Positions 47,301-60,965 of a stretch of DNA of 64,000 bases are shown piece after piece. A program made the position numbers and the translations under genes. Origin of the DNA: Mobula birostris (taxonomy: Eukaryota); NCBI RefSeq assembly GCF_030028105.1, contig NC_092374.1, positions 95,392,718-95,456,717 of the forward strand, given 5' to 3'. The notes beneath the pieces were generated by a model. That model had not been told where the DNA came from and did no database searches. It worked only from the letters and a program-made list of their open reading frames with translations. The number at the start of each line of letters is the position of its first letter. The first letter of the stretch is position 1.

Positions 47301-48252
47301 CCGACTGGCTGTGAGGAGTTTCGGGATGTCCTGGAAGTCCTTTTAGAAATGGGACTCTGTAGTTCTTAACCATGTGTGACACCAAACCTACAGAGTTGTT
47401 TGTGACCCTTGACTGCCCCCTGAAATGGCCCAGGAAACCATGAGGTATAAAAGAATACAGAGCAGCTTCGGGCTCTGCTGCCAGGGCACTAAATTCAAAT
47501 CTCGTCAGCACTGTCCATGTCCCCTGAATTTAGGCCTTACTGAAGATGACAGTTTGCTGCCCTGCTCCAGCGTTCAGCTGCCATGGTTTCGTTGAGGTGT
47601 CGGAGTGCCTGTGGCAGGTCGAGTGTGGTTGGGAGCAGTCTTGGCCCTGAGCCGGTTCACGTACAGGATGTTGCGAGATGCACTGAAGCAAAAAAACCAC
47701 AGAGGGCCTTGCGTGCATTTCTTGCACGTTGACAGAGGTTGTAGGAGTGAACTTTATTTCCACTCACCCAGGTGGCTGAACAATCTTCTCTGCTCCTTCT
47801 GAGTTGTTCCTCACTGGTGGATGAGCTGCACACTGCTCAATCTATTGATTTTGTCTCCATTGACGTCCTGCCTCAGACTTAGTTGTTTTTCTTTTCATTC
47901 ATTGGGATGGTTTTGGGGCCAGAGAGGGGAGTTGTGGGTCAGGTTAGGGTTTAGGCTCTGGACTGTGAGGGAATTAGAGTGTAGGCCTCTGCTCTGCATT
48001 CGAAAGCCAGTGGCGTGGCTGTGGTTAGATGTTGGGCCAAAGGACCAGCAAGGACGAGAGCTGGTGACACACCCCCTCATGTCAGTGAGTACCAGCGGGT
48101 TTGAGGGTCAGAGTTCTGTGCAGAGAGGAGGCATAAGCAATGATGACACCCACCCCACCCCCTCCAGGTATGTGAATCAGTGAGACTGGGGTGCAAGGCC
48201 TGGAGTTTAGAATTGCAGTCATCGGAGAGTCCGGCATTCAAGGTCTAGCCCA

Positions 48253-48889
48253 CAAACATCCCACCTCTCCCGGAAGTTCCGGGAGTCTCCCACATATTGA
48301 TAGCCGCTCCCTGATGCCCGGAAATTATATACAATATCCTACAAATCGATTTTTTTGAGAGCGAGAGCGAGAGCGAGCATCCTGATTGGTCTCTCTTCGT
48401 GCTGAGTAGACGTATCAGTTTTCTCTGTGGGCAGGTTTTTACAGTCGACCTCAAAAATAATGACAGTGTTGCTCGCTGCACTGTTTGCAACAGTGACTTT
48501 TCTATTGCCCATTGTGGGTTAAAATGTAAAAGACATGTTGAGGTGAGTTTAACAGATGTCATTCGTTCATTAGCATAGCTAACGTTATTTAAACTAACTG
48601 GCTGGCTGCTAAGGAGCTACTCTATTGATGTCCTACGTGATGAGGTCGAACTCCCTGCAGACTTGCTTAAAGTTGTAATAGAATAAACATGATAATATAA
48701 TATAATATATGTACATATTTTAATGCCAGATTTTCTGCATGTATCCAACTTGGTTTACAGATTAGACAAAATCACTAAACAAAGTATTACATACACCCTT
48801 GGGGGTTGACCGGGAGGGGGAAGATATGGGGTTGTGGGGGTCGGGGGTGTTACCTCCCTGAAACGAGTTTTTGCAGGGTGGGATGTCTG
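48253..48889. mobile_element. Non-autonomous TIR DNA transposon (hAT-like) with a zinc-finger remnant
   Basis: TIRs CAAACATCCCACC (48253) and GGTGGGATGTCTG (48889); internal NDSVARCTVCNSDFSIAHCGLKCKRHVE|GTGAGT. Confidence 0.7.
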
Positions 48890-49349
48890 CCAGTGCCTTA
48901 TAAAGCCTCAGAATTGCATCCTTACTTTTATTTTCTAGTCCTCTTGAAATGAATGCTAACGTTGCATTTGCCTTCCCCAGCACCGATGCAACCTGCAAAT
49001 TAACCTTCAGGGAATCCTGCACCAGGACTCGCAGAGTTAATTCACTGACCCACAGAACACCATCATAAACGACAAATGTATTCTCTGTGGTGTAAATAGT
49101 TTATGACTGCCTTTCATTCCCAGCTGGGTTAACATGAAGGGACTTTAAAAAAAATACACATTTCAAGGAAGAAATCACAGACTAACAGCATGGAACACAT
49201 GCTCCCATCCCCTTGTCCATGTGGTGTTCCCAATCTGGGATGTTTGAGAGGGCTGTCAGGAGCTGATGTCGCTTTGGATTCTGGCAAATTCTATTCCCTT
49301 CCTCCGACCCAGCCCCAGCTTCCCATATCCATGGAATACATCCTCCTGG

Positions 49350-50670
49350 GTGAGCATTCATAAATCAGAGTACTGAGTACAGGAGTTGGGATGATTTGCT
49401 GAAGTTGTATAAGATGTTGGTGAGGTGAAATTTGGAGTATTGTGTGCAGTTTTGGTCACCTACCTAAAGGAAAGATATCAATCAGCTTGAGGTCCTGATG
49501 AAGGGTCTCAGCCTGAAACAGGACTGCTCCTCTCCATAGACGCTGCCTGACCTGCTGAGTTCCTCCAGTATTTCTGGTGTGTTGCTCAAGATTTCCAGCA
49601 TTGGCTGAATCGCTTGTATTTATTGATAGGTTTGAGAGAATGCAGAGAAAATTCACAATAATGCTTCTGGGACTTACAGGCCTGAGCTACAGAGAAAGGT
49701 TGAATAGGTTAGGACAATTCCCTGGAGTGTAGGAGGATGAGGGGAATTTTGATAGAGGTACACAAAATTATGAAGGGTATAGATAGGGCAAAAATACGTA
49801 GGCTTTTCTGCTGAGACTGGGTGAGAGAGGAACAAGAGGTCATAGTTTTAGGGTGAAAGGTGAAATGCTGCAGGAGAATGTCTTCACTCAGAGGGTGGTG
49901 TGAGTGTGGAACATCTGCCACTGGAGGTAGTGAATGCAGATTCAATTGAAACATTTAAGAGAAATTTGCACAAGTACATGGATGGAGGGGTAGCAAGGTT
50001 TAGGGAGGGGTATGGAGGCGTAGGGAGGGGTATGGATGGGTAGGGGGGTATGGAGGGGTAGGGAGGGATATGAATGGGTAGAGGGGGCTAGGGAGGGGTA
50101 GGGAGGGGTAGGAAGGGGTAGGGAGGGGTAGGAAGGGGTAAGAAGGGGTAGGAAGGGTAGAGAGGAGTATGGAAGGGTGTGGAGGGATATGGATGGGTAT
50201 GGAGGGGTAGGGAGGGGTATGAATGGGTAGAGAGGATTAGGGAGGGGTAGGGAGGGCTATAGATGGGTAGAGGTGTATGGAGGGGTGGGGAGTATGGAGG
50301 GCTATGGATGGGTAGGGAGGGGTAATGAGGGGTAGGGAGGGGTAGGAAGGGGTAGGGAGGGGTAGGAAGGGGTAGGGAGGGTAGAGAGGAGTATGAAAGG
50401 GTATGGAGGGATATGGATGGGTATGGAGGGGTAGGGATGGGTATGGAGAAGGTGCAGGTAGTTGGAACCAGGCAGAATGACAGGTTAGCATGGACTAGAA
50501 TGCAGAACAGTACAGCACAACACAAGCCCTTCGACCCACGATGTTGTGTCAACTCTTCAACATACTCAAAGATAAATCTAACCTTTCCTTCCCACATAGC
50601 CCTCCATTTTTCTTTCATTGACTAGATAAGCTGCAGAGCTTGTTTTTGTGCTGTAGTGCTCTCTGCCTCT
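49350..50670 (+). mobile_element. CR1 3' fragment interrupted by a Penelope pLTR (about 49490-49620) and a G-rich expansion
   Basis: CR1 motifs flank CTGATGAAGGGTCTCAGCCTGAAAC. Confidence 0.8.
49985..50450 (+). repeat. Degenerate G-rich 10-mer repeat (GGGTAGGGAG/GGGTATGGAG)
   Basis: Tandem ggggtagggagggg... embedded in a CR1 3' region. Confidence 0.9.
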
Positions 50671-50954
50671 ATGGGAGATAGGGTGGAGCAGTGATAGGGC
50701 CTAACCTTCTGGAAAGTCCCTTAGAGCAATGGCTTCTTGCCCCAGGGAGGGCAACGCCCAAGACCCTGTGGCTTGGTGGTAGATCACCTGGTGTCCACAG
50801 GGAAACGGGTTTCAGGTAAGGCCCAGACAGGAAATTATTCGAATTCGATCAGAAGCCTGCCATTCAGTTACAAAGGTCACTGGAAATCTTTGAAGGCTTG
50901 GCACCAAAGCCTTCAGCTCCTTCAGATTCTGAAGAAGAGGTGGGCAATGGCATA

Positions 50955-51470
50955 TCTAAGGAAAGATGTACCGGCATTGGAGGACGTTTACAAGAATGAT
51001 CCCAAAATGAAAGGAGGAGTATTTGAGGAACATTAGATGGCACTGGGCCTGTGCTCGCTGGAGTTTAGCAGAATGATGGGGGATCTCGTTGAAACCTATT
51101 GAATATTGAAAGGCCTGGATAGAGTGGACGTGGGGAGGATATTTCCAAAAAGGGGAGAGTCTAGAAGGAAACGGTATGGCCTCATAATAGAAGGACACCG
51201 TTTTAGAACAGGGATGAAGAGGAATTTCTTCAGGCAGAGGATGGGGAATCTGTGGAATTCATTGCCACAGACTGCTGTGGAGGCCAAGTCACTGGGTATA
51301 TTTAAAGCAGAGGTGCATAGATTCTTGGTTAGTAAGTATTTCAAAGGTTACAGTGAGAAGGCAGGAGAGTGGGGTTGAGAGGAATAATATATCAGCCTCG
51401 TGCGAATGGTGGAGCAGACTCGATGGGCCAGAGGGCCTAATTCTGCTCCGGTGTCTTGTGGTCTTATTGT
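50955..51470 (+). mobile_element. CR1 3' fragment
   Basis: KGLDRVDVGRIFP...RNFFRQRMGNLWNSLP. Confidence 0.85.
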
Positions 51471-52505
51471 CTCAATGCACTGTCTAAAGAGAACTTTTCT
51501 CAAAGAAAGACAGGGGAGGAGAGGCGAGGGCAGACAGAACTCCTCACATACGACATCACATACAATATAAAATCGTTGGGTAGAAATCCTTTGTCATTAG
51601 CAACAAAAGAAAAGGGAGAGTTGTATTCCTCGAATGCATTCGAAGATCCTGCTTAGAGTAACACGCATACTCATGCGCAGAATGCTGGAGGAGCTCTGAG
51701 TGGCCTCCCCTCAATAGGTGCTGCCTGACCTGCTGAGTTCCTCCAGCATTTTCTGTCTATTGTTCTGATTTCCGGCATCTGCAGAATCTCTTGTGTTTAT
51801 AATTTCCTGCTCAGAAAGCCAGTGAAATAGCTTCTGAATTCTGATGTCTGTGGTCATACAGGAAACATACTTTCAAAGTTCCGCTCCATCGGAGTGTATA
51901 GAACCAAATTTCACACGCAGAATGCAGAGCACAGTCAATCCTCATCCCTTCTAACTGCCTGGGCTATGTTCCACCCCACTGTTCTTAAGTAACACACACA
52001 GAATGCAGGTGGAACTCAGCAGGTCAGGCAGCACCTATGGACAGGAATGAAGAACTGATGTTTCGGGCTGAGACTTTTCATCAGAGCCACCCAGCTACCT
52101 TCCCCCTCACCTGGTGTCACCTATCACCTCCTAGCCTGAGCTCTTTCCCCTCCACCCACCTTCTTATTCTGCCTTCTTCCTCCTTCTGTCCCAGTCCTGC
52201 TGAAGGGTCCCGGCCCCAAAGTCGACTGTTCATTCCCCTTGTTACAACCGGGGTCATTTTTAGAAGAAAAAGAAGAGATTTTTATCAGTTAGTATGTGGA
52301 GTGTATTTTCTCAGTGTCACCTCGTGGGGATGAAGTGTTCCTGGGACTGATTACCTTTTATTTGATTGTTTGTCTTTGGACAAGCTCTGGGTTTTCACTT
52401 TGTATTGCAGTCTCATTTGTGATCATGGGGATTGTTAAACTCTTTGTAATTATCACCTTTATTCAATTTGGGATCATTTAATTAGCAAGGTATCTTCAAT
52501 GTAGT

Positions 52506-52812
52506 GTGGGCACGTGGCCAGGTGGTTAAGGCATTGGACTAGCGACCTGAAGGTTGTGAGTTCGAGCCCCAGCCGAGGGAACGTGTTGTGTCCTTGAGCA
52601 AGGCAGTTAATGACACATTGCTCTGCGACGACACTGGTGCCAAGCTTCCCTTGGACAACATTGGTGTCGTGGAGAGGGGAGACTTGCAGCATGGGCAACT
52701 GCTGGTCTTCCGTACAACCTTGCCCAGGCCTGCGCCCTGGAGAGTGAAGACTTTCCAGGAGCAGATCCATGGTCTCGCAAAACTAACGGATGCCTTTACT
52801 TTACTTTATTTT
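52506..52812 (+). mobile_element. tRNA-derived SINE with CORE-like segment and (TTTAC)n tail
   Basis: A box TGGCCAGGTGG, B box GAGTTCGAGCC, tgtgtccttgagcaaggcagttaa, tail tttactttacttt. Confidence 0.8.
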
Positions 52813-53594
52813 GCTCCTGGATGTATTTCAGGGGGTCATGCCAACCCCTCTTCCCTCTTTGCCCAGTCGTTGTGGTTCTTTGTCTGGTGAAATTCAGACT
52901 TCTGAGTATTGTGAGTGATTTCAGTTCTTCAAGATTCTCTTGTCAGTTTTGCTAGTTAATTTCTGGAATAAATCTTTAATTTTGTTTGAGTTGCCGAAGT
53001 CTTACTGATTCCTGAATTTGAATTTGCTAGTGACCCTTACAGCCCTCCATAGATTGACCTGCTGAGTTCCTTCAACATTTTGTGTGTGTTGCTCTGGACT
53101 TACGGCATCTCTTCTGTTCACGAATTACTGTTCAGAAGTGTTGTGTTTGCCTTCAAACCTCAATGAAACCTTTACATCTCTGCTTTATCTATATTTGTAC
53201 TGTAAGACTTTGATTTCAAATGAGTCCCTCATCAGGGAGAAAATGCAACACCTTGTCATAGAATCAGAGGACACTTATTTACACATCTTATCGCTGCCAA
53301 CGATTGACCAGAACATCTCTAATTCCACCCACTGCCCTTTCTCTTCACAAATCTTTCTCCCCCATATCCAATTCCCTCCTGAAGGTCGCAACAGAATGTT
53401 CTTCCACTACGCTGTCGGCAGTATATTCCAGACCTACACTCTCAATTCTCATCCCCATTATTACACGATCTCTGGTCATTCAAACTCTCCATCAAAAGGA
53501 AAGAAGTTTCCACGATCCACTCTGTCCAGATCCACCATCGTTCTACATAATTCTCTTTTCCAGACAGTCCCATCCTCTCTAATCTGTCTATGTA

Positions 53595-54075
53595 CTGCAA
53601 GAGAAAATCTGCAGATGCTGGAAATCCAGAGCAACACACACAAAATGCTGGAGGAACTCAGCAGGCCAGGCAGCATCTATGGAGGGAAATAAACAGATGG
53701 CGTTCTGGGCCGAGACCCTTCATCAGGACTGGAAGGGAAGGGCAAAAAAGCCAGAAGAAGAAGGTGGAGGGAAGGGCAGGTGATAGGTGAGAGGGAAGAT
53801 GGGTGGATGAAGGGAGAGGCTGGAACGGGATAAGTGGAAGAGATGAAGGGCTGAGGAAAAGGAAATATGATTAGAGAGGACAGTGGACCATGGAAGAAAG
53901 GAATATGATTAGAGAGGACAGAAGACCACAGAAGAAAGGGAAGAAGGGACGGCAGAGGGAGGATAGGCAGATGAGGAGAAAGGATGAGAGGGGAATCAGA
54001 ATGGGCAATTGAAAAGGAGAGCAGGGAGAAAGAGGAGAAATTACCAGAAGTTAGAGAAATCGATGTCCATGCCAT
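53595..54075 (-). mobile_element. Penelope pLTR
   Basis: Reverse complement CAGTCCTGATGAAGGGTCTCGGCCC at 53707-53731. Confidence 0.8.
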
Positions 54076-55319
54076 CTTATATTTGTCTTCATTGGTTGAT
54101 GTGTTGAGCGTAATTTCAGGAAGTTGTGTTGCAATTGTATAAAACTTTGGTTTGTCCTCATTTGGAGTATTGTTTGCAGTCCCATCTGCCACATTTCAGG
54201 AAGGTTGTGGAGATTTTGGAGATTGTGCCGAGGAGGTTCACCAGGATGTTGTCAGGAGTAGAGAGTGTTAGCTCTAAGACAATTTTGGACAAACCTGGGA
54301 TCATTTTCTCTGGAACGTTGAAGGGGTGAACTAATAGAAGTATTTACTATTATGGGAGGCTTATGTAGGATACAAAGTGAGTTACACAGTCATTATCCCA
54401 GGTTGGAAATAGCAAACACTACACGACTTTGATTTAAGGTGAGGGGGTTAAGTTTAAAGGAGGTTTACGAGGGAAGTTTTTTTTTACACAGATTGGTAGA
54501 TGCCTACAACATGCTGTCAGGGGAAGTGGTTAAAGTAGATATGCTGTTTAAGAGACAGTTAGAGAGACACGCCACAAGCTAGGAATGGTGATATAGACAG
54601 TGGTATAGTCTATATCCTCTGCTGTTCCATGGAAAGGCCTTGATAGGGTGGATGTGGGGAGGATGTTTCCGAAAGAGTTTTTTAAGACCAGAGGATGCAG
54701 ACTCAGAACAGAGGTTTTGCCCATTTAGAACAGAGATGTAGATGAATTTCTTTATCCAGAGGCTGGTAAGTCTGTGGAATTTGTTGCCACAGGTGGCTGA
54801 GGAGGCCAAATAATCGGGTATAATTAAGGCAGAGCTTGATAGTTTCTTGATCAGTCAGGGCACGAAGAGAAACAGGGAGAAGGCGGGAGAAGAGGCAAAT
54901 GAATGAGCCATGGAAGAGGAGACCTGATGGGCCAAATGGCCTGATTCTGCTTCTATATCTTGTCTTGTGGCACCCTGGTTAGCACAGGAATTGTGGGCCA
55001 AAAGGCCTGTGTCTGCACAGGTCCGTGTTCCATTCTCACCCAGGAAGTGGTGAATCTTTGGAGCACTCTACCCTGGAGGATTCTGTAGGCTAGATTAAAT
55101 TGGATTCACTTTATTTGTCAGCTCTCGAAACATACAGTGATATGTGTCAAATTCAGGAGCACTGGTACTGACAAGAGAATAGAACTAACACCTTGCAGCT
55201 TGAGTACTCCGGGCCCATGCCCAATGTAAGTGACATTGGTTCCTTTATGGGGATTCTTTCAGCCTTCCCTACATCCCCTCCCCCCGCCCCCCCCCCCCCC
55301 CCGAGATCTCCCTCCATCT

Positions 55320-55990
55320 CAGAATCAGAATCAGGTTTACTATCACCAGCCAATGTTGTGAAATTTGTTAACTTAGTGGCAGCAGCACAATGCAATACAT
55401 AATCATAAAAAAGCTGTGAATTACAGTCAATGTGTCTATTCAATAGTTAAGAAGCGCAAAAATAGAAATTTTTAAAAAGTAGTGAGGCAATGTTCATGGG
55501 TTCAATGTCCATTCATAAATCTGATGGCAGAGGGGCAGAAGCTGTTTCTGAATCATTGAGTGTGTGCCTTCAGGCTCCTGTACCTCCTTCCTGATGGTAG
55601 CAATGAGAAGAGGGCATGTCCTGGGTGATGGGGAGGTCCTTAATGATTGACACCAGCTTTTTGAGGCATCACTCCTTGAAGGTGTCCTGGATACAATGGA
55701 GTCTAGTGCCCGTGATGGAGCTGACTGAGTTTACAACTCTCTGCAGTTTACTCCGATCCCATGCAGTATCCCCCCCATTCCCCCCACGCCAGACAGTGAT
55801 GCAGCCAGTCAGAATGCTCTCCACGGCATACCTGTAGAAATTTGCGAGTGTTTTTGGTGACAAACCGAATCTCCTCAAACTCCTAATAAAACATAGCCAC
55901 TGCCTTGCCTTCTTTATAGTATGTTGGGCCCAGGACAGATTGTCAAAGATATTGACACCCACAAACTTGAAGTTGTTCACCCTTTCCACT
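55320..55990 (-). mobile_element. Rex1/Babar LINE 3' end
   Basis: ERVNNFKFVGV..LSW, KARQWLCFIRSLRRFG, FYRYAVESILTGCITVW; (GATTCT)n tail. Confidence 0.88.
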
Positions 55991-56409
55991 CCTGGTCTCT
56001 CTGATCAGCATGAGATCTTGGTTAAGTAACACCTCTGTCAAAGGCCTTGGCCACTTGGCTGCTTTGACGCAGTTTTTTCTCGTTGGAGTAAGCCTGAGCT
56101 CACCGACAGTTTGACTTCCTGTCACTGAGACTTTGTTTCTGTTGTGGGTTTTAGCCCAGTGCTAATTTTGTCCTAATTACTATTGAAACCTTGTCACATA
56201 CTCATAGAGTAATAGAACCCTACAGCTGAGAAACAGACTCTTTGACCCATCTACTCCATGCTGAATTATTAATCTGCCTCGTCTCATTAACCTGTACCCG
56301 GACCATCGTTCTCCATGTCCTGCCCCACCCCATACCTATCCCAATTTCTCTTAAATGTTGAAATTGACCCCACATCTACCACTTGCACTGGCAACTCATC
56401 CCACACTCT

Positions 56410-56850
56410 CATCACCATCCAGTGCTTCCAGTAGTTGCCCCCCCCACCTTCACCACTCCCCATTCCCATTTCTCTCTCTCACCTTATCTCCTTACCTGCC
56501 CATCGCCTCCTTCTGGTGCTTCACCCCTTTTTCTTTCTTCCATGGCCTTCTATCCTCTCCTGTCAGATTCCCCCTTCTCCAGCCCTGTGTCTCTTTCGCG
56601 AATCAACTTCCCAGCTCTTTACTTCACCACTCCCCCTCTCCTGGTTTCACCTGTCACCTGTCACCTTGTACTTCTTCCTCCCCTCCCCCACATTCTTGCT
56701 CAAACTTCTCATCTTTTTTTCCAGTCCTGATGAAGGGTCTTGGCCTGAAGTATCGACTATACCCTTTTCCAAAGGTGCTGCCTGGCCTGCTGAGTTCCTC
56801 TGGCATTTTGTGTGCGTTGCTTGGATTTCCAGCATCTGTAGATTTTCTCT
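56410..56850 (+). mobile_element. Penelope pLTR
   Basis: CAGTCCTGATGAAGGGTCTTGGCCTGAAGTATCGACT at 56722-56758. Confidence 0.8.
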
Positions 56851-59800
56851 TCCTGTACTCAGTACTTTGATCTATGAAGGCCAAAGTGCTAAAAGCTTCC
56901 TTTATGGCCCTATCTACCCGTGATGCCACCTTCAAGGAATTATGGACCTGTATTCCCAAATCCCTTTGTTCTACCACACTCCTCGGTGCTCTACCGCTCA
57001 CTGTGTAAGACCTGCCCTAGTTGGTCCTACCAAAGTGCAACACCTCACACTTGTCTGTGTTAAACTCCATCTACCATTTTTCAGCTTATTTTTCCGGTTG
57101 GTCTATATCCCACTGCAAACTCTGATAGCCTTCCTCACTGTCCACTAACCACTGACCCCAGCCTAGGTGTCATCCTCAAATTTGCTGATCCAGTTATCAC
57201 CCAAATTATCACCCAAATTATCCACATTATCACCCAACTCATTGATATAGATGGCAAATGACAACGGACCCAGCGCCGGTCTCTGCGGCATTCAACTAGT
57301 CACATGCCTCCAGTCGGAGAGGCAGGCATCTACTACCTCTCTCTGGCTTCTCCCACAAAGCCAATAACTAATCCAATTTACTACCTCATCTGGAATGCCG
57401 AGTGACTGGACCTTTGTGATCTTGTCAAAGCCTTGCTAAAGTCCACGTAGACAACATTCAGTGCCTTGCTTTCATGCACTTTCCTGGTAACTTCCTTGAA
57501 AAACTCTATCAGATTTCCTAGTCAGTCCATGTCTATCCAAGTACTTATATATCCATTCCCTTAGAATAGCTCCCAATAACTTTCCCATAACTGATGTCAG
57601 GCTCACTAGCCTTTAACTTATTGGCTTATCCTTGGAGCCTTTCTTATACAACTGAACAATATTAGCTATCCTCCAGTCCTCCAGCACCTCACCTGTGACT
57701 AGGGATGATTTAAGTAACTCTGCTAGGGCCCCTGTAATTTCTGCACTTGCCTCCTGTCATGTCCAAGGGAACACCTCGTCAGGCCCTGGGGATTTATCCA
57801 TCCTAATTTGCGTCAAGACGGCAAACACCTCCTCCTCTGTGATCTGTATAGGGTCCATGACCTTGTTGCCGCTTTGCCTCCACTTCTACAGACTCTGTTG
57901 TTTGTCTCCAATGTAAACATAAACACAAAAATCCATCTAAGATCTCCCCCATCTCGTTTGGCTTCATGCATAGATTACCAATCTGATTTTCCAGAGAACC
58001 TCAAATTTGGCTCTTGCTCTTAATATATCTGTAGAAACTCTTGGGATTCTCCTTCACTTTGTCTGCTAGAACAGTCTCTAGCCTTAATTTGGTCCTCCTT
58101 CTTAACTGTCCTCTTGCATTTTTTATACTCCACAAGCACCCCATTGCGTCCTGCCTGCCTATACCTGCTATGTCCCTCCTTCTTTTTCTTCACCAGGGCC
58201 TCAATATCTCTCAAAACCAAGGTTCCATAAACAGTTATCTTTACCTTTTATTCTGACAGGAGTATACGAACTTTGTACTTTCAAAACTTCACTTTTGAAG
58301 GCCTTCCACTTACTAAATACATCTTTGCCAGGAAACAGCCTGTCCCAGTCCACACTTGCCAGATCATTTCTGATACCATCAAAATCGGCCTTACTCCAAT
58401 TTAGAATTTCAACCCATGGACCAGATCTATCCATTTCCATAATTACCTTGAAACTAATGATATTATGATCACTGGATGCAAAGTATTCCCCTACACAAAT
58501 TTTTGTCATCTGCCATGTCTTATTCCCCAATAGCAGATCCAGTATTGCAAACTTTCTCACTGGGACTTCTACATACTGATTAAGGAAACTTTCCTGAACA
58601 CAGTTGACAAACACTTTCCTATCTAGCCCTTTTACAGTATGGAAGTCCCAGTCAATATGTGGAAAGTTAAAATCACCTAGTATCACAACCTTATGTTTCT
58701 TGCAACTGTCTGCGATCTCTCTACAAATGTGCTCTTCTAAATCCCATGGACTGTTGTATGGTCTATAATATAATAGTATTCACGTGGTCATAGCTTTCCC
58801 ATTCCTCAGTCAACTGACTCCCTGCATTTGACTCTGTAAATCATCGTGCCCTTTGGCAAGTACTGTCCAAAATCAGGTGCTCAAAATACCTCAAGATCCT
58901 GCAGCTCTTACACAACGATATGAGTGCAACAGTCATCAGCAACAGTGGCTCTGAAACAGCACCTATTGAGGTTGAGACTGGGGTCAAACAGGGGTACATC
59001 ATTACCCCAACACTGTTTGCCATTTTCATTCTTCACCTCACAGGCCAAGACCTCCCACAAGGAGTCTAGATTCTCTATAGGACAGATGGGGAAGGGGGCT
59101 GCTCTTTAACCTTAACAGGTTCAAGGCAAAGAGCAAGGTGTTAACTACTTCCATCATGGATCTCCAATATGCAGATAGCAATGCCATCGCAGCTCCCTCT
59201 GAGGAGGATCTGCAGTGCATAATGGATGCTCTGGGCAGAAGTATACAAGTTCCTGGGACTTGATCTAAACATCAAGAAAACCCAGGGCCTGCACCAATCT
59301 GCTCCAGATCAAGTTCCTGAACCTCCAACCGTCAAGTTGACAACATCCCTCTGGAGAACACTGATCATTTCCCATATCTTGGCAGCTTTCTTCCTTCAAG
59401 AGCCAACGTTGACCTTGAAATAAATCACAGAACAGGCTGTGTGAGTGGAGCTTTTGCCAGGCTGAGGAAAAGGATGTTTGAAGATCAGGATATCAAGACC
59501 TACACTAAGCTTCTGGTCAATAAAGCTATAGTCCTCCCCTACTTGTTATATAGAGTGGAGTCATGGACAACATACAGCAGGCACATAAAATCCCTAGGAA
59601 ACCTACCAACAAAGATGCCTCTGAAAGATTCTGAGGGTTAGCTTGAAGAACAGGCATGCTAACTGCAGCATCCTGGAGGAAGCTGACATTAACTCCATAG
59701 CTACAAACATGACTCAACACCAATTGCGATGGGTCAGCCATATCTCCCGTAAGCCTGACTTCCGCCTCCCTAAACAACTCCTGTTCGGCCAACTCAAGGA

Positions 59801-60965
59801 TGCAAAGTGCAATCCTGGAGGGGAGAGAAAGCAATTCAAGGACACTCACACAACCTGTTCTGCGTATTATTTCAAGGCCCACCTGAGGAAGTGCCACATC
59901 AACCTGAATGGATGGGAGAAATTAGCACAGGACAGGGAAAGCTGGAGAAGGACTGTCTCTGAAGGGACTGCACAGCTCGAAGAATACCTCCACCGTGCCA
60001 CTGAGTCTAAACGGCTTCAATGTAAGGAGAGACGGGGAAAGGCCCAGCCAGCTACACCCACCACCACCTCAGTGACCTCCACCTGCCAACACTGCAATCG
60101 GACTTGCAGGTCACGGATCGTCCTCTTCAGTCATCTCACAACCACCCACAAGTGACCAGATCAACCACCAGGAGAAGAACCATACTCGATTATGAGTGAT
60201 CGCTGATGGTGATTCCTTAGTCCTCAACTTTCGAGCTGAGCTCTCCAGTCTGTCCTGACTGAGCACTGCTGTGACATTTTCCCTGACTCTTAATGCCATC
60301 CCTGCCACTCTCTCACGTATCAACAGAATCCAGAACATGGAGCTGTCAGTCCTGCAGCCAGGTCTCACAACGGTATTGTAATTCCACGTAGTCACTCATG
60401 CTCTGAGCTGATCCGCCTTTGTACAGTCCTGTTGGCATTGAAGTATACGCAGCTCAGACCATTAGTCCTTCCACGCCCATTTCTGACTTCGTAGCTAGGC
60501 TTAACCACTCCACTATCCTTCCTGGTGCTTGCTCACATCCCCATTCCCTTACAACTTTAGCTTAACCACCACTCTCCACCCACCCACACCCCCGGTCCCC
60601 ACCTCCCTGTGCAGCACGAGAAAACCCTCCGGTTCAGCTGCAAGTGTTCATTCCCCTCAGTTCAGGTGCAAACTGTCCCTTCTGTACTGGTACCACTTTG
60701 CCTGGGGGAAGAGCCCAATGATTCAAAAATCTGAAGCCATCCCTCCTGCACCATCTCCTTGGCCACATATCAAACAGTAAAATCTTCCTATTTTTGGCCT
60801 CAGGTAGCAATCCTGAGATCACAGACTTGGAGGTCCTGTCCCTTAACTTAGCACCTAACTTCCTGAACTCACTTTGTTAGGATCTCGTCAACCCCCCGGC
60901 CCATATCATTGGTACTAACATAGACCACGACCTCTGGCTGCTCACTCTCCCACTTAAGAATGCCT
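56851..60965 (-). mobile_element. Long decayed CR1 LINE (ORF1 esterase remnant, APE endonuclease, RT) split by an RTE insertion
   Basis: EQPEVVVYVSTNDMG (about 60900-60950), ILGDFNFPHIDW...ILDLLLGN...SDHNII, RT motifs at 57000-57800. Confidence 0.88.
58812..60200 (+). mobile_element. RTE-clade LINE 3' part nested in CR1
   Basis: GVKQGYIITPTLFAIFI, LFNLNRFKAKSKV, DLQYADS, QLRWVSHISR..D.RLPKQLLFGQL, C-terminal CQHCNRTCRSRIVLFSH. Confidence 0.9.

Noticed and set aside
50088-50618. Proline-rich 176-aa extensin-like ORF
   Set aside because: Translation of the G-rich 10-mer repeat.
50729-50945. Possible alternative ACAP first exon ending ttcag|GTAAGG in the same phase
   Set aside because: The nearby ATGs hit stops before the donor; no in-frame start and no homology.
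52506-52580. tRNA gene
   Set aside because: The A and B boxes continue into a SINE body and simple-repeat tail; no proper acceptor stem.
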